From NCBI GenBank assembly GCA_903941205.1, contig CAJAOB010000396.1, forward strand, positions 1-47,822: a stretch of DNA of 47,822 bases, in the 5' to 3' direction. Positions 1 through 7,715 of this stretch are shown in pieces. A program made the position numbers and the translations under genes. The stretch's first letter is position 1, and each line of letters starts with the position of its first letter. The stretch is from an uncultured Burkholderiales bacterium. GTDB lineage: Bacteria > Pseudomonadota > Gammaproteobacteria > Burkholderiales > Burkholderiaceae_C. The notes beneath the pieces were generated by a model. That model saw only the letters and a program-made list of their open reading frames with translations. It did not search any database and was not told where the DNA came from.

Positions 1-171
1 GAGGTTGGCCAGCGTGAAGCTTTTGCCAATGCCGCCCTTGCCGTAGATCGCGATGATCTGTGTCTCTTTGGTGGGCTTGCCGGTGTGAACCGGGTCTGGC
101 TCCTGCGCTGCCTCCTTGCGGAGGTTTTCCATGAATTTCAGGGGCTGCACGTTTGCTGCGGAAGCGTCCAT
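1..171 (-). CDS. bchX: Chlorophyllide a reductase iron protein subunit X, 5' part only (runs off the window start)
   Basis: Not in the ORF track. My translation is MDASAANVQPLKFMENLRKEAAQEPDPVHTGKPTKETQIIAIYGKGGIGKSFTLANL, a NifH-like P-loop (YGKGGIGKS) followed by FTLANL. The ATG overlaps the bchC stop (TGATG), matching the usual bchCXYZ order. Confidence 0.93.
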   Translation of the reverse strand, partial: MDASAANVQPLKFMENLRKEAAQEPDPVHTGKPTKETQIIAIYGKGGIGKSFTLANL

Positions 172-1127
172 CAGTGTCTCCAGTCCAAAACCATCTTCAG
201 GCACTCCGGGTCGGCAAAAGCCGTCTCGTAAGCTTCGTGTGCACGGCCAGGCGTCTGGCTGTGCGTGATCAATCCATCGAGCGACAGGCGGCCGGTGTGC
301 ACCAGTTCGGTCACGGCCAGCAGATCGGCGCGCTTCCATTCGGCGGCCACGCGGATCTGCGCTTCGCGCATGAAGGCCGGGGCATAGGCGAAGGAAATGT
401 TTTGTTTGTAAAAGCCGGCCAGCACGACCTCGCCGCCGGGCTTGAGCCGGGGAATCACGCGGTCGAGGATGCCGGCATCGCCGCTGACGTCGTAGATGGC
501 GGCGTAGTCTTTGCGGCCGTCGTCGTCGGGATGGATCACCCTGTAACCTTCGCCGCCCTCGCGGCGTGCAGCGGTGGTGTCCCAGACGGTCGGCGCGGGC
601 AGGCCGGCGGCCACCGTCAGTCGTGCCAGCAGGCGGCCCATGACACCGTGGCCAATGATGAGTTCAGGCGGGGCGCAGGGCTCACGGGTGCCGCCCAGCG
701 CGACGCTGTGGTAGGCCGTGGCGGCCAGTGCCAGCAGGGCGGCGTTGGCGCCCAGATCAGGGTTGACGCGGACCACGCGGCCGTGCGGCACGAGCAAACG
801 GGAGCCGGCGCCGCCAAAGAGGTTGTGTACCCCTTCAAAGCATTTGGAGCCGGGAACAAAAACGGTGTCGCCAATCTTCAGCGTGCAGTCGGCGCTCTGG
901 CCGTGGATGCGGCTGACCTGGCCGACGGTTTCATAGCCGGGCACCAAGGGGTAGCCCATGCCAGGGAAGGCGGGCATGCTGCCGTCCCAGAGCAAACGCT
1001 CGGTGCCGGTGCTGATGCCGCTGAAGTTCACTTCGACTTCAATGTCGCCCTCGGTGGCGCCATGCATTTCCAGTTCTTGCACCGACAGGACACAAGGGTT
1101 TTGGAAAACGATCGCTGAAGCTTTCAT
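171..1127 (-). CDS. bchC: 3-hydroxyethyl bacteriochlorophyllide a dehydrogenase (MDR family)
   Basis: SGISTGTERLLW, PFPGMGY-like PAFPGMGYPLVPGYE, GHGVMGRL and PAFMREA motifs; lies between crtF and bchX. Start placed at ATG 1127 (MKASAIVF) because the longer ORF runs through the operator. Confidence 0.93.
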   Translation of the reverse strand: MKASAIVFQNPCVLSVQELEMHGATEGDIEVEVNFSGISTGTERLLWDGSMPAFPGMGYPLVPGYETVGQVSRIHGQSADCTLKIGDTVFVPGSKCFEGVHNLFGGAGSRLLVPHGRVVRVNPDLGANAALLALAATAYHSVALGGTREPCAPPELIIGHGVMGRLLARLTVAAGLPAPTVWDTTAARREGGEGYRVIHPDDDGRKDYAAIYDVSGDAGILDRVIPRLKPGGEVVLAGFYKQNISFAYAPAFMREAQIRVAAEWKRADLLAVTELVHTGRLSLDGLITHSQTPGRAHEAYETAFADPECLKMVLDWRH

Positions 1128-1131
1128 AGGG

Positions 1132-1175
1132 TGTATTTTTAGGTTGACATTGATAAGCGTCAACTCAAATTGACG
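1132..1175. promoter_or_regulatory. Tandem PpsR/CrtJ operators over the bchC promoter
   Basis: TGTATTTTTAGGTTGACA (1132-1149, TGT-N12-ACA), an 8-bp gap, then the variant palindrome CGTCAACTCAAATTGACG (1158-1175). Two sites 8 bp apart is the known CrtJ/PpsR layout at bchC. On the minus strand it contains TTGACG-N17-AAAAAT. Confidence 0.85.
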
Positions 1176-1221
1176 GTTTGAGGCGTATTTTGTCTCTTTT
1201 TAAGGGAAAACACTTAGAGCT

Positions 1222-2451
1222 TCAGGGCTTTTGACCGACGAGCAGGCCCGCATGCAGGGGCATGGGGTTGGGAATCGTCTTGATGCTGCGGAATCCGGCC
1301 TCGGCCATGAGCTCGCTAAGGGCTTGCGCTGTGCGCAGCCGGCCCGAGCCCATGGCCAGCAGGTAAAAGTGAAAGTACGGGTCGCCCACAGCCGGTTTTG
1401 CGCCATGCACCGCCTGACTTTGGGCCATCGGCTCGGCCAGCAGCAACTTGCCGCCTGGCTCCAGCGCCTCGTAAATGGCGCGCAGGAGCACGCGAACCAC
1501 CTCGTCGGGGTGGTCATGCGCCACGCGCAGCAAGGTCACCAGGTCTGCGCCTGTCGGCAGGGCGTTGGCCGTGAAGCTGCCGCCGTGCACCTCGATGCGC
1601 TGGGTCAGCCCCTGTTGAGCGATTCGCGCTCTGGCGATGGCCGCAACCGGCGGCAGGTCAAACAGCATCAGCTGCAATTGCGGTGCATGGCGGGCGAGTT
1701 CCGTGACCCAGCCGCCCTGGCCGCCGCCCACATCGAGCACGCGGCGGTGCCGGGCAAAGGCGTAAGAGGCCAGCAACTCTTCGATCACGAAGCGCTGCGA
1801 GCTCGACATCAGCTCGGAATAGCGCGCGACCTGCTCGGCCGGTGCGTCCTTTGGTGGCGCCTCGGTTGGCGCGAGACGGGCTTTTTCGTCCTTGCGGGGC
1901 GCTTGCTTGCCGTCGGCCGCATAGGGCCAATAGGCGTGCATGCTGGCTTGGTCGGGGCGCTGCATCAATGCCAGCGGGTCCCGCAAGTCCTCGTAGAGCA
2001 GCGCGTTGTGCTCGATCATGGCGCGCAGGCCGGCGTGCGTGACCACCGGTGCCCCCAGGGCGCCGAGGCCGTAGCGCCCGCCACTGCGCTGGTCCAGCAG
2101 GCGCAGCGCCACGGCGGAGCTGAGCAGGCGCTCCAGCGAGGCGGTCTGCATGCCGGTGTCAGCGGCCAGAGATTCGAGGGTTGCGGGGGCGGCCAGCACC
2201 TTGTCAAAAATGCCCAGCCTCACGCACGCCAGCAAGACCTGGCTGTGCACAAAGCCGGCCATCACTTCGAACAGTGCCGCGGCCCGGCGCCGGGTGATCC
2301 AGCGCCCCAGCGGGTTGGCAATGGCCCAGCGGTAAAGCGCCGGGCTGGTCATCCATTGGTCAAAGCGGCGTTTCAAGGCCTCGCTGACCCCCATTTGCCG
2401 GGAATTGGCCGCCGGCATGGCGGCGGGAGATGCCTCAGGTGTAGAGCTCAT
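1222..2451 (-). CDS. crtF: Hydroxyneurosporene/demethylspheroidene O-methyltransferase
   Basis: AGFVHSQVLLACV dimerisation region, SAM motif VLDVGGGQG, RVAHDHPD and YLLAMGSGR; conserved crtE-crtF-bchC order. Confidence 0.92.
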   Translation of the reverse strand: MSSTPEASPAAMPAANSRQMGVSEALKRRFDQWMTSPALYRWAIANPLGRWITRRRAAALFEVMAGFVHSQVLLACVRLGIFDKVLAAPATLESLAADTGMQTASLERLLSSAVALRLLDQRSGGRYGLGALGAPVVTHAGLRAMIEHNALLYEDLRDPLALMQRPDQASMHAYWPYAADGKQAPRKDEKARLAPTEAPPKDAPAEQVARYSELMSSSQRFVIEELLASYAFARHRRVLDVGGGQGGWVTELARHAPQLQLMLFDLPPVAAIARARIAQQGLTQRIEVHGGSFTANALPTGADLVTLLRVAHDHPDEVVRVLLRAIYEALEPGGKLLLAEPMAQSQAVHGAKPAVGDPYFHFYLLAMGSGRLRTAQALSELMAEAGFRSIKTIPNPMPLHAGLLVGQKP

Positions 2452-2480
2452 GCGCTAGGGGTTGGCCGTGCCAGTCGGTT

Positions 2481-3392
2481 TCAGGCCACGGCGCGCCGCT
2501 GCAAGGCCGCTTGTTGCACCGCTTGCACGGCAATCTGGTCGCAGGCGCTTTTTGGCAGGAGCCGCTCGGACTCCTGCAGCACGAGCTGTTGCATGGCACC
2601 CCGGCTCGGGCAGGCCGGCACCGAATCGACCGCGGACTGCATCAGCCGGCGAAAGTAATCCACTGCGCCCACCAGGCCGAGTTCGGCCGCCGTGCTGGGC
2701 CGCCCGTGTGCGGCGTCCTGTCCCACCGGTTTGCCCAGGTGGTCGGCGCCCATCACATCGCGAATATCGTCGGCCACTTGGTAGGCCTCGCCAAGCGCGT
2801 CGCCCAGAGCGCGCCAAGGCAGTGGATCCGCCCCTGCGGCCTGAGCGCCGGCGCAGGTGGACGCCACAAACAGGGCGCCGGTCTTGGCGCGCTGATAGCG
2901 CCCGAGTTGCACCCGCGGCTCACATTCCCAGGCCTGACCGGCGACGATGCCGTCCGGTGCGCCCGTGCCTTCGCACAGGGTCATCAAGAGGGGCGCCAGG
3001 CGGGCCGGATGCGCGGCCCCGGCCCGCGCCAGTGTCTGGTAGGCCATCACGATCAGGGCGTCGCCCGCCAGCAAGGCCAGTGGCTCACCGAACTGTTTGT
3101 GCACCGTGACCAGGCCGCGCCGCGTGTCGGCGTCGTCAAAGCAAGGCATGTCATCGTGCACGAGGGATGCGCAATGCAGCAGTTCGATGCCAACTGCTGC
3201 GGCGTTGGTCAATTCGGGCGCGTCTTCACCGCAGGCCCGGGCCACGGCCAGGCACAGCTGCGGCCTGATTCGGGCGCCGCCCGGAAATACCGCGTGCCGC
3301 ATGGCGGCCATCAGCCGCGGGGGTGCTGTGGCGCTGTCGGCCCACTTAAATGGTTGCTCGAGCGCCTGCTCGATGCGTGTCATGATGCTCAT
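2481..3392 (-). CDS. crtE: Geranylgeranyl diphosphate synthase
   Basis: GGARIRP, first Asp-rich motif LVHDDMPCFDDADTRRG, second motif YQVADDIRD, AKTGALF. Start at ATG 3392 (MSIMTRIEQ) after a GGGGG SD-like run. Confidence 0.93.
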   Translation of the reverse strand: MSIMTRIEQALEQPFKWADSATAPPRLMAAMRHAVFPGGARIRPQLCLAVARACGEDAPELTNAAAVGIELLHCASLVHDDMPCFDDADTRRGLVTVHKQFGEPLALLAGDALIVMAYQTLARAGAAHPARLAPLLMTLCEGTGAPDGIVAGQAWECEPRVQLGRYQRAKTGALFVASTCAGAQAAGADPLPWRALGDALGEAYQVADDIRDVMGADHLGKPVGQDAAHGRPSTAAELGLVGAVDYFRRLMQSAVDSVPACPSRGAMQQLVLQESERLLPKSACDQIAVQAVQQAALQRRAVA

Positions 3393-3416
3393 GAAGCCCC
3401 CGTCACGGTGGGGTGG

Positions 3417-3474
3417 TGTCTGCAATATGTGACAACCACTAGTGTCAATTTAACATGACACTCGGCTTTGTCAA
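3417..3474. promoter_or_regulatory. PpsR/CrtJ operators and probable sigma70 promoter for crtE-crtF
   Basis: TGTCTGCAATATGTGACA (3417-3434) and TGTCAATTTAACATGACA (3443-3460), both TGT-N12-ACA and 8 bp apart. A further TGTCAA half-site lies 8 bp later (3469-3474) and reads TTGACA-N16-TAAATT on the minus strand. Confidence 0.85.
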
Positions 3475-3531
3475 TCAGGATGAATCAGGGTCCGTTCCGG
3501 GCTGCAAAGAGACCGTTCCCCGGGTCTTCTG

Positions 3532-4761
3532 TTACTTTTCTCTTGGTTTTGGTTCCGCCAGGCCATAGGGTCTGACCAGCCGGATCACATGTTCCGGCAC
3601 CATGGTTTTGAGTCGCGCTGGCTCTTCACGTTGCAGATGCACCATGGTTTCCAGCGCTTTCATCTCGACCCGGGCGCGTGCAAATTCGAGCCCGCGCGGG
3701 CCGATGCGCGGCATCAGCCAACTGACGATGGGGCGCAGCCAGTTGGGCATGCGCCGCAGTGGCAGGCCACTGGCCGCGCGCTCGACGTTTTTCAGGAAGC
3801 CCTTGACCGCGCCGACCCGGTTGCCAGCGCTGCCCGGCGGCTTGAGCAGCACTTCGTCGCCGAGCAACTCCAGCAGATGCTGACCCCGGTCGTTACGCAC
3901 CAGCAGCCATTGCTGTCCTTGCCCGCCCATGTAGCCCACGGTGATGTCGGACAGCACGTTGGTGTAGTCCACGCAGGTGCGGCAGGTCATGGGGAAAAAG
4001 TCGGGCGGCAACTGCGACAGCGGCAGGCTCAGGAAGGGCAGGGCCTTGACTTCGCCGCTGCGCATGCGGATTTCAACGTGGTAATCGGCCCGGAACTCGA
4101 GGTAGGTGACGTCTTGCGGCTCGGGCGAGACCAGCGCCAGAAACTCATGAAAGCGCTCGGTCGTGGTGTTGTCCGAGCAGGGCGTGCCAATGACAAAGAG
4201 CTTTTGCAGGCCTTGCTCCCGTTCGAGCTCGGGCTGCAAGGCGCGCAGCGCGTAAATCTGGCAGGGAATGCCGATCACGGCCAGGCGCTTGTAGCCCTGC
4301 GCCAGCGCCGGCTCGACCAGTGCGATCAGCGGCGCATAGCCCATGCGCATGCCGCGGCAGCCGGCCATGTCCTCGGCGCGCGTGACCACCACCGGCATGG
4401 GCCGCCATGGGTCGTCCGGGTGGGGTGCCATGGCGATGACGGCGTCCACCTCGCCGTTTTGCAGGAGCTTTTCGGCGATGCGGGTGGTGATGCCGGTCCA
4501 TTGCGCGCCCGCCAGCGGCTCGGCCAGCGCGGCTTGCAGCATGCGCTGGTGCGGGCCAAAAAACAGCTCGTCATCGGCCTCGGCGCCCGAGGGCAGACGG
4601 CGACTGCGGCCATGCACCGCCTGCTCAAGCCCCGGGTAATCCGGCTGGATGAACTGACATGCCTGGCCGCAGCGCTTGGGCGCAGCCGTGCGCGAGACAC
4701 CGCAGTCGGTGCAAAAGTGGCGGGCCGGGGCGGGCGGCAATTCGGGCGGAATGAACGTCAT
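3532..4761 (-). CDS. bciB: FrhB/F420-hydrogenase beta-like Fe-S flavoprotein, probable ferredoxin-dependent 8-vinyl (divinyl chlorophyllide) reductase
   Basis: CTDCG...CGQACQFI, AQWTGITT, IGIPCQ, GTPCSDN and CRTCVDYTNVLSDITVGYMG motifs match BciB-type reductases; located in the photosynthesis cluster with a PpsR box upstream. Start at ATG 4761 (MTFIPP). Confidence 0.8.
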   Translation of the reverse strand: MTFIPPELPPAPARHFCTDCGVSRTAAPKRCGQACQFIQPDYPGLEQAVHGRSRRLPSGAEADDELFFGPHQRMLQAALAEPLAGAQWTGITTRIAEKLLQNGEVDAVIAMAPHPDDPWRPMPVVVTRAEDMAGCRGMRMGYAPLIALVEPALAQGYKRLAVIGIPCQIYALRALQPELEREQGLQKLFVIGTPCSDNTTTERFHEFLALVSPEPQDVTYLEFRADYHVEIRMRSGEVKALPFLSLPLSQLPPDFFPMTCRTCVDYTNVLSDITVGYMGGQGQQWLLVRNDRGQHLLELLGDEVLLKPPGSAGNRVGAVKGFLKNVERAASGLPLRRMPNWLRPIVSWLMPRIGPRGLEFARARVEMKALETMVHLQREEPARLKTMVPEHVIRLVRPYGLAEPKPREK

Positions 4762-4806
4762 TTCAGGGTTTTTTGGGTTGGTGTCCGGCGAATCCAATGC
4801 TATAAG

Positions 4807-4824
4807 TGTCACATAAAGTTGACA
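4807..4824. promoter_or_regulatory. PpsR/CrtJ operator in the divergent bciB / ccmA intergenic region
   Basis: TGTCACATAAAGTTGACA is TGT-N12-ACA, with the same TGTC...TGACA ends as the crtE sites, in an AT-rich patch. Confidence 0.8.
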
Positions 4825-4959
4825 GTCGAAGTTGACTGTTTTCGCTCCCAAATTTCCAGGACCTTGCTGACCCGTGTTTTGCTTTTTTCAATCGATTTCT
4901 GACCACCTGGCGCTGCCTGATGCCGTGCCGGCGCGGGCATCCGCCCGCAGGGCCGCCGC

Positions 4960-5583
4960 GTGACTGCGTCACTGGCGCTGGCGGGAGTGGCTTGCGTGCG
5001 CGGTGGGCGCTCGCTTTTCAGTGGTCTGAGTCTGCAGCTGCCGGCTGGCCACATGCTGCGGGTGCAGGGCGCCAACGGCGCCGGAAAAACCAGTTTGCTG
5101 CGCATGCTTTGCGGCTTGCTGCTGCCCACCGAGGGCCAGGTGTTGTGGCGCGGCGAGCCGGTGGCGGCGCTGCGTGAGGAGTTCGGCCGCGAGCTGGTTT
5201 ACCTCGGCCATGCCGCCGCGCTCAAGGACGAGCTGACGCCGCTCGAAAATCTTGAAGCGGCTTGCACGCTCGGCGGCACGCGTGCGGTGGCTGGCAGCGC
5301 AGCCGGCGCGTTGCAGGGTGCCGGCCTGGGCGGCTTTGAGCACACGCCGGCGCGCCGGCTCTCGCAGGGGCAGCGGCGCCGGGCCGCGCTGGCGCGGCTG
5401 GCGCTGTCGGCTGGCATGCCGCTGTGGATTCTGGACGAGCCCTTTAACGCGCTGGACACGGCGGCCACGGCCTGGCTGGAGGCGCTGCTGCGCGGCCATT
5501 TGCAGCGCGGCGGCTCGCTGGTGCTGACCAGCCACCAGGGTGCGCTGCTGGCTGACGCGCCGCAGCAGGTGCTGGCGCTGTGA
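4960..5583 (+). CDS. ccmA: Cytochrome c biogenesis ABC ATPase
   Basis: Walker A GANGAGKT, YLGH, signature LSQGQRRR, Walker B WILDEP, TSHQ; first gene of the ccm operon; GTG start. Confidence 0.92.
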   Translation: MTASLALAGVACVRGGRSLFSGLSLQLPAGHMLRVQGANGAGKTSLLRMLCGLLLPTEGQVLWRGEPVAALREEFGRELVYLGHAAALKDELTPLENLEAACTLGGTRAVAGSAAGALQGAGLGGFEHTPARRLSQGQRRRAALARLALSAGMPLWILDEPFNALDTAATAWLEALLRGHLQRGGSLVLTSHQGALLADAPQQVLAL

Positions 5584-6299
5584 CGGCCGTGTGGACCGGC
5601 CCCGCACCGGCTGCAAGCGCGTCCGTTGGCTGGCTCGCCGGTGCGGCCTGCGTGTTCCGGCGCGACTTGCGCATTGCGTTGCGCCGGCGGGCCGACACGT
5701 TCGCGGGCCTGGTATTTTTTGTGATGGTGGCGAGTCTGTTTCCGCTGGGCGTTGGACCCGAGGTGGCCATGTTGCGCGTCATGGCGCCCGGCGTGTTGTG
5801 GGTCGCCGCCTTGCTGGCCTGCCTGCTTCAGCTGCCACGCCTTTTTGCCGACGATCACCAGGACGGCACGCTGGAGCAACTGCTGCTGGCCGCGCAAGCG
5901 CTGCCGGTGCTGGTGCTGGGTAAGGTGGCCGCGCACTGGATCGCGTCGAGCTTGCTGCTGGTGCTGGTCTCGCCCTTGCTGGCGCTGCAATTTGGCTTGC
6001 CCGCCAGCGACAGCGCCGTGTTGACCCTGACGCTGCTGCTGGGCACACCAGTGCTGAGCCTTGTGGGCGCCATCAGCGCTGCCTTGACGGTCGGGCTGCG
6101 CGGCGCCGGCATGCTGGTGCCGCTGTTGACCTTGCCGCTTTATATTCCGGTGCTGATTTTTGGGGCGGGCGCGGTACAAGCGCACAGCGCCGGGCTGGAC
6201 GTGAGCGGTCATTTTTCGCTGCTCGGCGCCATGCTGGTGCTGGCGCTGGCCGGTGCCCCGCTGGTGATTGCCGCAGCCTTGCGTATTTCGGTGGAATAA
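5580..6299 (+). CDS. ccmB: Heme exporter membrane protein B
   Basis: LFPLGVGPE, F-ADDHQDGTLEQL, LTLPLYIPVLIFG; multi-pass hydrophobic; overlaps the ccmA stop. Confidence 0.92.
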   Translation: MTAVWTGPAPAASASVGWLAGAACVFRRDLRIALRRRADTFAGLVFFVMVASLFPLGVGPEVAMLRVMAPGVLWVAALLACLLQLPRLFADDHQDGTLEQLLLAAQALPVLVLGKVAAHWIASSLLLVLVSPLLALQFGLPASDSAVLTLTLLLGTPVLSLVGAISAALTVGLRGAGMLVPLLTLPLYIPVLIFGAGAVQAHSAGLDVSGHFSLLGAMLVLALAGAPLVIAAALRISVE

Positions 6300-6306
6300 A
6301 CGAGAC

Positions 6307-7071
6307 ATGTCAACACGACCGAATTTCTTCGCCTACGCCGCGCCGCAGCGCTTTTACCCGCTGGCCGGGCGACTGCTGCCCTGGTTTTGGGCAGCCGCCG
6401 CGCTGCTGGCCGTGGCGGGCTTGTACATTGGTTTGCTGCTTGCGCCCACAGACGCGCAGCAGGGCGAGGCCTACCGCATCATCTTCGTGCATGTTCCTGC
6501 CGCCTGGATGTCGATGGTGATTTACCTGGCCATGGCCGGCTGGGCTGGCGCGGGGCTGGTGTTCAATTCCCGGCTGTCGTCGATGATGGCTTGCGCGCTG
6601 GCGCCCACGGGTGCGCTCATGACCTTTTTGGCGCTGTGGACCGGCGCGCTCTGGGGCAAGCCGACCTGGGGCGCCTGGTGGGTCTGGGACGCGCGGCTGA
6701 CGTCCGAGCTGGTCTTGCTGTTCCTCTACATCGGCTTCATGGCCTTGCACGGTGCCATTGAAGACACGCGCCGGGCCGACCGCGCCGCCGGCCTGCTGGC
6801 GCTGGTGGGCGTGGTCAATGTGCCGATCATTTACTTCTCGGTGAAATGGTGGAACACCTTGCACCAGGGCGCCTCGGTCAGCTTCACCAAAGCCCCCAGC
6901 ATGGCCACGCCCATGCTGCTCGGCATGCTGGTGATGGCGCTGGCCTTTTGGATGTACTGCATTGCAGTGGCGCTGCTGCGCTTGCGGGTCATCATGCTTG
7001 AGCGCGAAAGCCATACGGCCTGGGCCCGTGAGGTCCGCCTTGCTGACAAAAAACTTCGGAGGGGGACATGA
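6307..7071 (+). CDS. ccmC: Heme exporter protein C
   Basis: IFVHVP, WWD motif [25 protein letters not shown]. Confidence 0.95.
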   Translation: MSTRPNFFAYAAPQRFYPLAGRLLPWFWAAAALLAVAGLYIGLLLAPTDAQQGEAYRIIFVHVPAAWMSMVIYLAMAGWAGAGLVFNSRLSSMMACALAPTGALMTFLALWTGALWGKPTWGAWWVWDARLTSELVLLFLYIGFMALHGAIEDTRRADRAAGLLALVGVVNVPIIYFSVKWWNTLHQGASVSFTKAPSMATPMLLGMLVMALAFWMYCIAVALLRLRVIMLERESHTAWAREVRLADKKLRRGT

Positions 7072-7247
7072 ATGCACAAGCCGTGAACGCATTTTTCAGC
7101 ATGGGCGGTTACGCCCTGTATGTATGGGGCTCGCTGGGCATGTGCGCGGTCGTCATGGCGCTGGAGCTGTGGCAACTTCGCCTGCGCCGTCACCAGCTGC
7201 TGCGCCTGGCGGACCCGGCACCGCAAGCCCCGGAAAGTACTGCATGA
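7068..7247 (+). CDS. ccmD: Heme exporter protein D (59 aa)
   Basis: Below the ORF-track cutoff. My translation is [59 protein letters not shown], with the MGGYxxYVW signature, one TM segment and ATGA overlaps with both ccmC and ccmE. Confidence 0.9.
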   Translation: MNAQAVNAFFSMGGYALYVWGSLGMCAVVMALELWQLRLRRHQLLRLADPAPQAPESTA

Positions 7248-7708
7248 AAGCCCGGCATAAACGCATGCTGGCGCTGGCCTGCGGCCTGGGCGCTCTGGCC
7301 GTGGCCAGCGCACTGGTGCTCAAGGCCTTTCAAAGCAATATGGTTTTTTTCTTCAGTCCCTCGCAGGTGGCTGCCAAGGAGGCGCCGCAGGGCCGCAGCT
7401 TTCGCATCGGCGGGCTGGTGGAGACTGGCAGCGTGGTGCGCGAGCCGCAAGGACTGAGCATGCGCTTTGTGGTGACCGACACGGCCCACACGGTGCGCGT
7501 GCAGTACACCGGCTTGTTGCCTGACTTGTTCAGTGAAGGCAAGGGTGTGGTGGCGCAGGGCCGGCTGGGCGATGACGGCGTGTTTCGCGCAGAGCAGGTG
7601 CTGGCCAAGCATGATGAAAACTACATGGCACCTGAAGCCGCCCAGGCCCTGAAGCAGGCTCGTCCCGGGGTGTCCCCGGCCTATGGCAGCACGCTGGTCA
7701 AACCCTGA
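7244..7708 (+). CDS. ccmE: Cytochrome c maturation heme chaperone
   Basis: N-terminal [21 protein letters not shown] and heme-binding LAKHDENYM. Start at ATG 7244. Confidence 0.95.
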   Translation: MKARHKRMLALACGLGALAVASALVLKAFQSNMVFFFSPSQVAAKEAPQGRSFRIGGLVETGSVVREPQGLSMRFVVTDTAHTVRVQYTGLLPDLFSEGKGVVAQGRLGDDGVFRAEQVLAKHDENYMAPEAAQALKQARPGVSPAYGSTLVKP

Positions 7709-7715
7709 GGTACCC

